From positions 97,481-161,480 of the forward strand of contig CBDAOY010000003.1 in assembly GCA_965198225.1 (NCBI GenBank): a stretch of 64,000 nucleotides of DNA, given 5' to 3'. Positions within the stretch are counted from its first letter, which is position 1, and each line of letters opens with the position of its first letter. Shown one piece after another: positions 53,518 to 63,107 of this stretch. This DNA is from Terriglobia bacterium (GTDB lineage Bacteria > Acidobacteriota > Terriglobia > 20CM-2-55-15). The notes under the pieces were generated by a model. The model was given only the letters and a program-made list of their open reading frames with translations. It had not been told where the DNA came from and searched no databases. The position numbers were made by a program, and so were the translations under genes.

Positions 53518-54663
53518 ATGGCTAACACTTCACGACGTCAGTTCCTGACGGCCGCCGCAGGCGTGGCCGTTGCTCCGACGCTGTTTCCAGGCATGGAGAT
53601 CGCAGCAGCGCCTCAGCAAATTGCCGGCATGGACATCGACTGGGGCTACCCGGAGGATGCCGTCCGAGTCGGCCTGAATGAGAATCCGCTCGGGGTCTCG
53701 CCGAAGGCGGCGAAGGCCATGGTCGATGCGGTGCAGTACGGGAACAGGTACCTGCGCTCCGGCGACCTGACCGACAAGATCGCGAGGCTGCATGGCGTGG
53801 ATGCGAACCAGATCGTTTTCGGATGCGGTTCAACCGAGTTGCTGACCAACGTGCCGTGGGCATTCGCCCAGGACGGCGAGATCGTCACCGGCAAGCAGGC
53901 TTACCGCGATCTGCCCGCCGAGGCCGGCCGCATGGGCATCACCGCCCACATGGTCCCGCTGGATTCCACGCTCACTCACGACCTGGATGCCATGGCGGAT
54001 GCCATCAACGACAAGACCCGCGTGGTCAACCTGACGAACCCGAACAACCCTACCGGAACGGTTGTCGGAACCGACGACGTGCGGAAGTTTGCCGCCGTCG
54101 TTCCTAAAGACGCGGTCTACCTGATCGACGAAGCGTACATCCACTTCGCACCGGAGGCCGATTCGAGCGCCCTCGTCCACGACTATGACAACGTCCTGGT
54201 ACTGAGGACTTTCTCGAAGATATTCGGTATGGCCGGCATCCGCGTCGGCTATGGAATCGGGCATCCGGACCTGATCGGCAAGATGCGACGCTACTCGGTG
54301 AGGAACAACGTCAGCGTCGTCGGTTTCGCCGGGGCCCTGGCCGCCATGGATGACACCGAGCACATGGACAACTATCGCGCCTTGCTCCGGGAGTCGCGGG
54401 AGTACTACCAGCGCGAGTTGACGGCGATGGGTGTCGAGCACTATCCGAGCCGAACGCCCTTCTTCGTCCTGAACGCCGAACGGGACGGCTCGAAGGTCGT
54501 CGAAGAGTTGCAGGAGCACAATGTGTTCATCCGCCGCGGAAACGACTGGGACCTGCCCACGTTCGTCCGCGTGACCTTCGGGAAGATGGATGACAACCGG
54601 AAGACCCTCGCGGCGCTGAAGAAGGTGCTCGGAAAAGATACGATGAGGAGGCAGGCCGGGTAA
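53518..54663 (+). CDS. TAT-exported class I/II (HisC-like) PLP aminotransferase
   Basis: SRRQFL twin-arginine signal; NENPLG, NPNNPTG, IDEAY and RTFSKIFGMAGIRVG motifs. Confidence 0.88.
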   Translation: MANTSRRQFLTAAAGVAVAPTLFPGMEIAAAPQQIAGMDIDWGYPEDAVRVGLNENPLGVSPKAAKAMVDAVQYGNRYLRSGDLTDKIARLHGVDANQIVFGCGSTELLTNVPWAFAQDGEIVTGKQAYRDLPAEAGRMGITAHMVPLDSTLTHDLDAMADAINDKTRVVNLTNPNNPTGTVVGTDDVRKFAAVVPKDAVYLIDEAYIHFAPEADSSALVHDYDNVLVLRTFSKIFGMAGIRVGYGIGHPDLIGKMRRYSVRNNVSVVGFAGALAAMDDTEHMDNYRALLRESREYYQRELTAMGVEHYPSRTPFFVLNAERDGSKVVEELQEHNVFIRRGNDWDLPTFVRVTFGKMDDNRKTLAALKKVLGKDTMRRQAG

Positions 54664-54746
54664 CCCGCCGGAGGGATCGATTCCGACGCGTCGTGGTGAA
54701 GCAATATCCCCTTCGCCACGGCGCGTTGTTGTCTTGGATCTCCGGA

Positions 54747-54974
54747 AAATTGATGGGGGTCTCATCGCAGATCGCGATATTTGAGTAATCCGCATTGCAG
54801 GTTGCTCATTGGAAATTGCTTCATTTCAGATCTTTCGGAACCGCCTCTTGTGGGTGACTGGGCGCTCTTGTTCAGCGGGCTGGAAAACTGCTGGAAATCC
54901 GATAAATGGACAAATTAAGCAATCTCCAATCTCCAAATTTGCAATGCGGAATCGTCCGATGATCAATCTGCAAT
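54747..54974. repeat. ~230-bp imperfect palindromic element, copy 2
   Basis: Shares both arms with 22339-22568; the central spacer differs. Confidence 0.75.
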
Positions 54975-55037
54975 AGTCTTTGACGAGGAATCCTGGGTTA
55001 CCCGTTCAAGAAACCATAATTCACCTTATTCTTCGGC

Positions 55038-58000
55038 ATGCCCCTCGAAAGTTTTCATCCCCTTGTACGCGACTGGTTCAAGTCCCGATTCAGCGAGCCG
55101 ACGCCGGCCCAGGTGGCCGGCTGGCCCGTTATTCAAGAGCAGGAAAACGCGCTCATCCTTGCGCCGACCGGTTCGGGAAAGACACTGGCGGCGTTCCTGT
55201 GCGCGATCGATTCCCTTGTGGCCGACGGCTCGCGGAATGGGAACCGGAGAGGCGTTCGGGTCGTCTATGTCTCGCCGCTGAAGGCTCTGTCGAACGACAT
55301 CGAAAAGAACCTGCAGGAACCCCTGGTGGGTATCGCGAAGCTTGCCGAAGAGAATGGCCGGGAACTGACTCCCATCCGGACCGCGGTTCGAACAGGTGAC
55401 ACGCCAGCCTCCGCCCGGCGCCAGTTCGGCAAGAACCCGCCCGAAATCCTGATCACGACACCCGAGTCTCTTTTTATCCTGCTGACCAGCAAGGCCCGGG
55501 AAGTTTTCGGCGATGTCGGAACCGTCATCGTCGACGAGATTCACAACCTTGCCCGTAGCAAACGGGGTGTTCATCTCGCCCTCACCCTGGAACGCCTGGA
55601 AACTCTCGCCGATACCCCGTTCCAGCGCATCGGACTGTCCGCCACTCAGAGACCTCTGGAGGAAATCGCGCGGTTTCTCGGAGGGCAGGATGAAGATGGG
55701 GAACCCCGCCCGGTCAGCGTCGTCGACGTCGGCGGACGGAAGGAGATGGACGTTAAAGTCGTGTGCGTGACGCCGGACTTTACGAACCTTCCCGACCAGA
55801 GCGTGTGGTCGCTCGTCTTTCCAGAGGTCTTCAGCCTGGTCCAGCGACACCGCACCACGCTGGTCTTCACCAACAACCGTCGCCTCGCCGAGAGAGTGGC
55901 TGCCCGTCTGAACGAACTCGCGGACGACACGCTGGCCCTGGCGTATCACGGCAGCATGTCCCCGGAGTCGCGCAGGGAGATGGAAGACCGGCTCAAGCGG
56001 GGCGAGATCCGTTGCCTGGTGTCGACCTCGGCGCTCGAGCTCGGGATCGACATCGGGAGCATCGACCTGGTGATCCAGTTGCAATCGCCCAAAGGCGTCG
56101 CTGCGGCCCTCCAGCGAGTGGGACGTTCCGGTCATCTGGTTTCGGCAACCAGCCAGGGACGATTGTTTCCGACATTCCGGGATGACCTGATCGAGTCCGC
56201 CGTCGTTGCCAGGGAGATGTATGAAGGCTGGGTTGAACGCACGATGGTTCCCAAAGACCCTCTCGACGTCCTCGCGCAGCAGATCGTCGCCTGCGCGGCC
56301 ATGGACGACTGGGCGACGGAAGATCTGTATCGTCTGACGCGTCGGGCCTATCCTTACGAGAAGCTGAGCCGCAACGTCTTCCGGTCGGTTCTGGAGATGG
56401 TTGCGGGACGGTACGGGGAGGGGGACTTTCGAAACCTGAGAGCCCGTGTCTCATGGGACCCGCAGAACGATGTGATCCGGAAACTGCCGGGCAGTCAGTC
56501 CCTCGCCGTGACGAGTGGGGGGACCATCCCGGATCGGGGGCTCTTCGCGGCCTACCTGGAGAACGGCAAACGCGTCGGGGAACTCGATGAGGAATTCGTC
56601 TTCGAGAGCCGGGTCGGGGAAGTGTTTCTGCTCGGCAGCTCGTCGTGGCGCATCCAGGAGATACGTGTCGACCGCGTGATCGTCAAGGAAGCCTTCGGCG
56701 AGCCCGCAAAGATGCCGTTCTGGAAAGGGGAGGGGATCGGCCGGGACTATGAGCTGAGCCTGAAGGTTGGTGAGTTTCAACGGGAAGTGGGCGAGCGCCG
56801 CTCCGACCCTGATGTGACGGTGTGGCTCGAGGACAGATATGCCGTCGATTCCCGCAGCGCCTGGAACATCGTTTCCTATCTCAAGAACCAGAAGATTGCC
56901 ACAGAGGTGGTTCCCGACGACCGGAACATCGTCGGAGAAATCTTCCGCGACGAAATCGGAAACCCCCGCATCGCCATCCACTCCGTGTTCGGGCGTCGGG
57001 TCAACGACCTGTTGGGCCTGGTTCTGGGCCAGCGCCTGAGGGAGGTGCTCCGGGTCCATGTTCCGTACCTGCAGCAGGACAACGGGATCCTCTTCCAGGT
57101 GCCCGACACCGCCGACGCCGTCGAGCCCGACACGATCCGCCGGATCCTATCCGGCCTGCGCACCGAGAACTTGCGCGAGCTGGTTCTCGAGGAGATTGCC
57201 CGATCACCCATCTTCATCGCCGCCTTCCGGGAGAACGCCATGCGTTCCCTGCTATTGCCGCGTAACAAGCCGGGACAGCGGACGCCGCTCTGGATGCAGC
57301 GGCTCCGGGCCGGGGATTTCCTGGAGGTCACGAGACAGTACGAGGACTTTCCCGTGATCCTCGAGACGATCCGGGATTGCCTGAACGACCGGATGGACTT
57401 TGAAAGCTTCGAGACCGTTGTCGCAGGGATAGAAAGCGGAAGCATCGCCGTCCACGCCGTCGGTACGGCGGTACCGTCCCCGTTCGCGGCGAGTCTCCTG
57501 TTCGGGTTCATCGGTGTGTTTATGTACGAGGACGACCGACCACGGGCCGAGTCGCACTCGCAATTGTTGCAGCTCAACCGCTCCCTGCTGGATGAAGTCC
57601 TCGACCCGTCGGCCCGGCGCGCACTGGTCCAGCCCCGGGCAGTAGAACAGGTGGAGGAACGGCTGCAACTCCGGGGCCCGTCTTACCGTGCGCGTTCTCC
57701 CGAGGAACTGGCAGAGATTCTCTATCAACTGGGCGACCTGGCTTCCGACGAGTTGCTGGAACGTGCCGAGGACCCGGGTTTTCTCGAAACCCTCGAGCAA
57801 CAGGGGCGCATCGTCGAACATCGTGGCCGCTGGATTCTGACCGAAGAAGTCGATCTCTTCGAGGGTAAGGATCTCGAGTCCCGGAAGATCCTTCTGCGGC
57901 GACACCTCCAGACCCATCCTCCGGTGCGGGCATCGGAGTTGGCGGAGCGATTTAGCTTCGAAGTCGAGCCGGCGCTCGGGGACCTCGAAGAAGAGGGGTC

Positions 58001-59090
58001 GGCGCTGCGCGGTTCCTTCGTCTCGGAGGAAGAGGAATGGTGCCATCCCAATTCGCTCGAACAGATCTACCGCCGAACGCTCTCCATCCTCCGGAAGCAG
58101 GTGCAGCCCTGTTCGCTGGCCGAGTTCACCGTGTTTCTGCTCGACTGGCAGGCGCGAACCGGACCGAGGATCGAACTGCCCGGGACACTGGAGCAACTGG
58201 AAGGCTATCCCGCCCCGGTCGGAGCCTGGGATGCGGAGATACTCCCCGGCCGCGTCGAAGGCTATTCGAAGTCCATGCTGGAACGCCTGATGTCGTCGGG
58301 CAAGGTCTTTGCGATGGGTGCCGAGCGCGGTAAGGTGCGACTCATTCAGCGCGGTCACGGCTGGCTCTTCGTGCCCGAAGACACCGAGGTGTCGGCACCG
58401 GCCCGGGAGATCGTAGGTTTTCTCGAAGAGCAGGGAGCCTCGTTCTTCGAGGACTTTCGCGAAAATCTGGATTTCCGCCTGCCGGTGCTGATCGACAGCC
58501 TGGCGGAACTGTTCTGGGCCGGTATCGTGACGAACGACGTCCTCGAAGAGGTCGCGCGTCTGCGACGCCGTTCCCTGACCGAAACGGATGAGATCCAAGA
58601 TCGGCCGAGCCGGATGCGTCAGTTCAAGAAGAGCTGGAAGAACGTCCCCGGTTGGTCGGGCCGCTGGTCGCTCATCACTTCGAAAGGCTCGTTCGGAAAA
58701 CCGGGAACCCCGGACGAGCGGGTCGCCGCGCTGGTTGGAATGGTGCTCAAACGTTACGGCGTGGTCGCCCGGGAGTGGTTCCTTCGCGAGCAGCTACCGG
58801 TCTCGTGGACGCTCGCCGCCCGAGCCCTGGAACGGATGGAATGGCGGGGCGAGGTCCGGAGAGGGATCTTCGTCGATCAGATTTCCGGCCTGCAGTATGC
58901 CTTGCCCGCAGCCGTCGAGGCGCTTCGATCCGCGAGAGTGACCGGTTCGGATGAGGAGTTGCGTATCAGTGCCTGTGATCCGGCCAGTCCGTACGGGGGC
59001 GGGATCCCATCCGAGGTGTCGGTGTCGCGTTCTGCGAACCTGTTTGTGAGGCTCGAGGCCGGGCGGCCGGTGTCGGTGGAGCGGGGGTAG
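55038..59090 (+). CDS. lhr: Lhr-family DEAD/DEAH-box helicase (long form)
   Basis: APTGSGKT, VDEIH, GLSAT, ALELGIDIG, QRVGRSGH and SGGTIPDRG motifs; C-terminal RYGVVARE and ACDPASPYG. Confidence 0.93.
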   Translation: MPLESFHPLVRDWFKSRFSEPTPAQVAGWPVIQEQENALILAPTGSGKTLAAFLCAIDSLVADGSRNGNRRGVRVVYVSPLKALSNDIEKNLQEPLVGIAKLAEENGRELTPIRTAVRTGDTPASARRQFGKNPPEILITTPESLFILLTSKAREVFGDVGTVIVDEIHNLARSKRGVHLALTLERLETLADTPFQRIGLSATQRPLEEIARFLGGQDEDGEPRPVSVVDVGGRKEMDVKVVCVTPDFTNLPDQSVWSLVFPEVFSLVQRHRTTLVFTNNRRLAERVAARLNELADDTLALAYHGSMSPESRREMEDRLKRGEIRCLVSTSALELGIDIGSIDLVIQLQSPKGVAAALQRVGRSGHLVSATSQGRLFPTFRDDLIESAVVAREMYEGWVERTMVPKDPLDVLAQQIVACAAMDDWATEDLYRLTRRAYPYEKLSRNVFRSVLEMVAGRYGEGDFRNLRARVSWDPQNDVIRKLPGSQSLAVTSGGTIPDRGLFAAYLENGKRVGELDEEFVFESRVGEVFLLGSSSWRIQEIRVDRVIVKEAFGEPAKMPFWKGEGIGRDYELSLKVGEFQREVGERRSDPDVTVWLEDRYAVDSRSAWNIVSYLKNQKIATEVVPDDRNIVGEIFRDEIGNPRIAIHSVFGRRVNDLLGLVLGQRLREVLRVHVPYLQQDNGILFQVPDTADAVEPDTIRRILSGLRTENLRELVLEEIARSPIFIAAFRENAMRSLLLPRNKPGQRTPLWMQRLRAGDFLEVTRQYEDFPVILETIRDCLNDRMDFESFETVVAGIESGSIAVHAVGTAVPSPFAASLLFGFIGVFMYEDDRPRAESHSQLLQLNRSLLDEVLDPSARRALVQPRAVEQVEERLQLRGPSYRARSPEELAEILYQLGDLASDELLERAEDPGFLETLEQQGRIVEHRGRWILTEEVDLFEGKDLESRKILLRRHLQTHPPVRASELAERFSFEVEPALGDLEEEGSALRGSFVSEEEEWCHPNSLEQIYRRTLSILRKQVQPCSLAEFTVFLLDWQARTGPRIELPGTLEQLEGYPAPVGAWDAEILPGRVEGYSKSMLERLMSSGKVFAMGAERGKVRLIQRGHGWLFVPEDTEVSAPAREIVGFLEEQGASFFEDFRENLDFRLPVLIDSLAELFWAGIVTNDVLEEVARLRRRSLTETDEIQDRPSRMRQFKKSWKNVPGWSGRWSLITSKGSFGKPGTPDERVAALVGMVLKRYGVVAREWFLREQLPVSWTLAARALERMEWRGEVRRGIFVDQISGLQYALPAAVEALRSARVTGSDEELRISACDPASPYGGGIPSEVSVSRSANLFVRLEAGRPVSVERG

Positions 59091-59211
59091 GGGAAGTCTT
59101 CACGTTCTCAGACGCTTTCTGTGCGAGCCAACACACGGGGGCAGGGCTATACTCCTGTCCCCCTCACGTGCTTTCACTCGCGGTGTTTAGTCGATTGAGC
59201 GATCTCCTCGT

Positions 59212-59302
59212 TCCTAACGTACAAGATCACCCGGCGGCGACGAGTGATCGTCGATTCTGAATACGCCCGACCTCGCCGCGCGGGTGCATCGTTTGGTTAG
59301 GC
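59212..59302 (-). other. attC site 1 (91 bp, distal end of the array)
   Basis: Minus strand GCCTAAC-caaacgatgcacccg...cgggtgatcttgtac-GTTAGGA; the TAA of the DUF4062 gene lies inside R''. Confidence 0.85.
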
Positions 59303-60394
59303 ATCCGTGTACAGCTGCGTCAACAGTTCGTTCTTGGGAGTGGAAAAGAAGTCGTCGACCCACTTTGGAAACGTTTTCAGATTTGAGTGTCTAGACAAAG
59401 CCAGTTCATTCATTCGCGGCAAATCAAAATCAAACAGTTCCAAATCCTCCAACGCTTTTTTCGGAAGGTCTTCCGAAAACCACCAGCCTCCAGTAACCGT
59501 GTCGGAACTCGACAACTCCATGTAGGCAAATCCTTGAATCTGAGAGCTGATCCACTTAAAGCGAGCAAAGAAGACATTGTCGGACCGCTTCCGAAAGTCA
59601 AAAAAGACACTGGTCAAGTGTGAACTGCCGCCATAGCAGTATGGAACCAGAAGTTCGTCATCTACGAACTGCGCATAGAGCGTGGATGCGGTTTTTGAGT
59701 CTACCCAGCAACCTTCCATGTTGAACGGAAACTTGTTGTGCATCTGAGCACCGACATGTGCGTTCTGTCCCGACAATTTCAGAAGGTCTGCGACGTGGTT
59801 CACTTTGTCCAACAACTCTTTCTGGCCTTGGACTTCACGCCGCAAGCTCGCCAATTCGGACAGAATCTTGTCGAAGAACTCGGTGTATCCCACGGGCGAG
59901 TGTGGAACAAAGGAAGCAACCGCGCCTGCATTGTTACGGTTCGATAGGTACCGCCCTAACGCTGCAGCCATCTTGTATGCAAGGTCTTCCGAAGTAGTGA
60001 AAGTGTCACTAACAAATTCAGATCCGATTCTTGCCTTGAATCCTCGGAGCTTTGATCTACCCGGTTCGTCCTCGATCATTTTTGGGGGCCATGGGTGGTC
60101 TTCATCAACCAGAAAGCAAAAGAGAGGTTTGCTCTTGGCGTTCGCATGATCGAATTCGGCCTCCGTGATGGACACATCAGTCCCATCAGGAACATAACCG
60201 TAACGGTGAGCGTAAATACCGACAAAGAGATCACATTCTTCGATTTCGGCGAGGCACGCCTCTGAAGGCTCGTCAGGCCGTGCGCCGAATACCTCCATGC
60301 GACCGACTTGTTGTCCCAGGCGTTCAATGGCTTCTGCCGCTGCGTCGCGATGGTCGACGAGATCAACACATGTGGAGCTGAGGAAGGTCTTCAT
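59297..60394 (-). CDS. Integron cassette: DUF4062 (TIR/NDT-like) domain plus unknown C-terminal beta-rich domain
   Basis: KTFLSSTCVDL, CLAEIEECDLFVGIYAHRYG and SITEAEFDHA motifs; coiled-coil linker; lower GC than the backbone. Confidence 0.88.
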   Translation of the reverse strand: MKTFLSSTCVDLVDHRDAAAEAIERLGQQVGRMEVFGARPDEPSEACLAEIEECDLFVGIYAHRYGYVPDGTDVSITEAEFDHANAKSKPLFCFLVDEDHPWPPKMIEDEPGRSKLRGFKARIGSEFVSDTFTTSEDLAYKMAAALGRYLSNRNNAGAVASFVPHSPVGYTEFFDKILSELASLRREVQGQKELLDKVNHVADLLKLSGQNAHVGAQMHNKFPFNMEGCWVDSKTASTLYAQFVDDELLVPYCYGGSSHLTSVFFDFRKRSDNVFFARFKWISSQIQGFAYMELSSSDTVTGGWWFSEDLPKKALEDLELFDFDLPRMNELALSRHSNLKTFPKWVDDFFSTPKNELLTQLYTDA

Positions 60395-60413
60395 CGGATA
60401 ACAGTCTTAAGAT

Positions 60414-60484
60414 GCCTAACGTCAGGCTTCAGCGGCGCCGGCTGAGCGCAATAGGCCGGCGTCCGCTGCAAGCCGTGGTTAGGC
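60414..60484 (-). other. attC site 2 (71 bp)
   Basis: Minus strand GCCTAAC-cacggcttgcagcggacgcc...ggcgccgctgaagcctgac-GTTAGGC. Confidence 0.93.
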
Positions 60485-60503
60485 CCGGAGTCCCAATTGA
60501 TCG

Positions 60504-63015
60504 TCACAACCTATCCTCCACGGCCGTGCTGATATGCTGCACGATCTGTTTAAGGCCCTCGTCACGATTACCACAGATGTTGACCAGAGTATCCGTCTTG
60601 AGCCATGAGATACCCTCATCCTCGATGCGGTAGTCCTTATCGGCGTTGACTGGAATAACAAAGAAGCCTCCTGACTCTCTGCGCCGCTGTTCACGTTCTT
60701 TGGCCAGCTGAAACTCGAGCGTCAGGTACCTCGATCGTGGAACTGCCTCGACCAGGTTCCGCGTAACGAACACGAGGAAATATCGAGCTCGCGACACGCC
60801 AGCTCTGATGCCGACCTCGATATCGACACCAGTCGGCACAGCGTCGGAGTCGAACCAATAGTCGCATTCGGGATGCATCTGTCCGAGCTCCTCACAGAGT
60901 TGGCTAGGAGTCTGCGCGGCAGAGCGCAAAGAACTCGGACTGATTGGGATTTGAGAGGGTCTTCGGAGGAGCGTCGACCGATTCTTCCGATACGACGAGT
61001 TCAGAGTTGTACGGACACCCGTAATTGGCCGTGTATCGGGTCTGCCGGGTTGCGGTTTTCCGGATTATGCCCATTCGATCTTCCCGTTCATCCGTCGTAA
61101 GTTCACCGCCAGAGTGACCAGATTCCACTAACCGGTCACTTTGTCCAAACCCGTAGACTGAACTGTCGGAATCCGAGCACCGACTTGATCCACCCGAAAG
61201 CGGCTCACCAATGTGCTTTCGGCCCGGTTCCGGTCAACGCCTTATCTTGGTCAAGTGTCATCTGCCGCCATAGCAGTCCGACCAGACAGTTCGGTCATCT
61301 ACGAACTGGGATAGAGCACGGGCGGTCCTTTTCGTCGACCCATCGCAACATTCCATGTTCAATCTGAAACTTGTTGTGCATCTGAGCCCGAGATTTGCGG
61401 TTCTATCCCGCAATCGGCCAGAAGGTCTGGGACGCTGGTTCACTTTGTCGCAACAACTCTTTCCAGCCTTGGACTTCACGCCCAAGCTCCCCACATCCAG
61501 ATCATTGTCAGAACTCGTTGTTCCCACGATGAGTCCGGGCCTGGGAATCCAACCGCTTGCCGCGTTGTAGCATTCGCTAGGAACCCACGGTGGAGGTCTT
61601 CATCATCCGGCTTTCCGAAGTCGGTGAAAGTTGTCCTGACGGGCCGTGGGTTCTTGCCTTCCCCCATGGGACTTTGAATGGCTACCCGGTCCGGGTCCTT
61701 GTCATTTTTGGGGGCCGTGGGTTCCTTCATCAACGCGGCCATCGACGTTTGCTTCGGCCGCATGATCGAATTGGCCTCCGTGATCGTGACCAGGCAGCTT
61801 CTTGCGCATCAGGAACATACCCGTCGGGCAGTTCGTCTACCGACGCCGGATCACATTGCCGTTTCGGCGAGTCTTCGTCCTCTGATCGGCTCGCCTCAGG
61901 CCCGTTCAACAGATACCCGAATCGACCGACTTCGTTGTCCCAGGCTTTTTCAATGCGTTCGTAGCTCAAATGGTTCGACTTGCATCGCCCGCATCTTGGT
62001 CCTGAGGAAGGCTTCATCGGATCCCATCTTAAGATGCCTAACGCTTCAGCGCTTCATCGGCGCCACTGAGCGCAACAGGTTTCCGGCGTCCGCTCAAGCC
62101 GTGGTTTGCCCGAAAATCCGAGATCGATCGGTGCGCCGGAAAGTTCTCCGCTCCCAACATCCGGAATGCTGCACGATCTCGGTCAAGGCCCTCGTCGCGA
62201 TTACCACAGATGTTGACGAGAACATCCGTCGCGTAGCCATGAGATCAGCACCTCATCCATCGATCCGCGGAGTCCAATCGCCTGATTGACTGGACCCTCA
62301 AAGGCCTCCATACTCGCTGTTCGAACGCGTTCAAATTCTTCGGTCCACCGCGTGAAACTCGAAGTACGTCAGGTGACCTCGATCGGGAACCAATGCCTCA
62401 ACCACGGTCCGCGTATCGAACACGAGGAAATTCGGGCTCGCGACACGCCAGCTCTGATGCCGACATCGATATCGACACCAATCGGCACAGCGTCGGAGTC
62501 GTCCAATAGTCGCATTCGGGATGCATCTGTCCTTCTGCCTCACAGAGTTGGCTAGCTGCTTCTTTGTCGTGCGATGAGTGACAGACAAACACGCGGCCTC
62601 TCGAAAGCAGTTGTCTAACCGTCGCAAGCATCTCGTTTATGACGTCGCCGATATTCAGCCCCGGCGCATACACTCCCTGGATCAGTTGAATCTCGGCTAA
62701 GTCGTTGCGAAGCCGGGAGTGATCAAGAAGAATGGGCACTAGGGTTGGGTCGCGTCGCCGCCCTGCCAGTGCAACGATAGGTGCCGCCTCTTGACTGACG
62801 TATTTCGAGGCATTGGCCGCCGCGGAAGAGAGATATAGGATAACTCTGCATGCATTATCGGTTTCCTTGATCATCTCCTCGAATTTGCGTCCCGGGTCCA
62901 GAATCCCCTTGAAATCGGCAACGACGATTCCATTCTCAGCCATGGCTCGCGACAGGGAGTCGCTGACGTCTTGATCCGCCCGGGCGTAAACAAGACCGAC
63001 ATCCGGATAATTCAC
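60504..63015 (-). pseudogene. Integron cassette: tandem TIR-TIR protein (287 aa reconstructed), interrupted by IS1182
   Basis: 63015-62556 joined to 60907-60504 gives an open frame of 864 nt: VGLVYARAD...SKYVSQEA...LVPILL then RVFVCHSSHDK...WFD...SRYLTLEF...VIPV. Confidence 0.82.
60908..62551 (-). mobile_element. IS1182-family element inserted at CTAG, with sequence garbled or mosaic
   Basis: CTAG at 60904-60907 and 62552-62555; end GAGTCTGCGCGGCAGA matches the MITE at 49115; frameshifted peptides FGWIKSVLGFRQFSL..GLDKVTG.WNLVTLAVNLRRM (~61085-61220) and NFTD.ESRMMKTST.GF..CYNA (~61560-61640). Confidence 0.78.
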
Positions 63016-63037
63016 TGTTGTGGTTCTGCCTCGTTCG

Positions 63038-63096
63038 GCCTAACGGCGTAAATTAGCCGCCGACGAAGGCGGTCGGCTGAATTTGCCTTGTTAGGT
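63038..63096 (-). other. attC site 3 (59 bp)
   Basis: Minus strand ACCTAAC-aaggcaaattcagccgacc...ggcggctaatttacgcc-GTTAGGC. Confidence 0.92.
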
Positions 63097-63107
63097 GGCA
63101 ATCTTTC

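Noticed and set aside
40743-59090. mpg, uvrC and lhr as a dedicated DNA-repair island
   Set aside because: They are kilobases apart, separated by unrelated genes, and are ordinary housekeeping functions.
62036-62110. Additional attC site
   Set aside because: It is the garbled echo of attC 2 inside the mosaic interval and one core is corrupted (GGTTTGC), so it was not counted.
59620-62551. Diverged duplicate of the DUF4062/attC/TIR region as a diversity-generating retroelement template/variable pair
   Set aside because: Differences are indel-rich, not adenine-specific, span over 1 kb and are interleaved with IS1182 sequence; no reverse transcriptase in the window.
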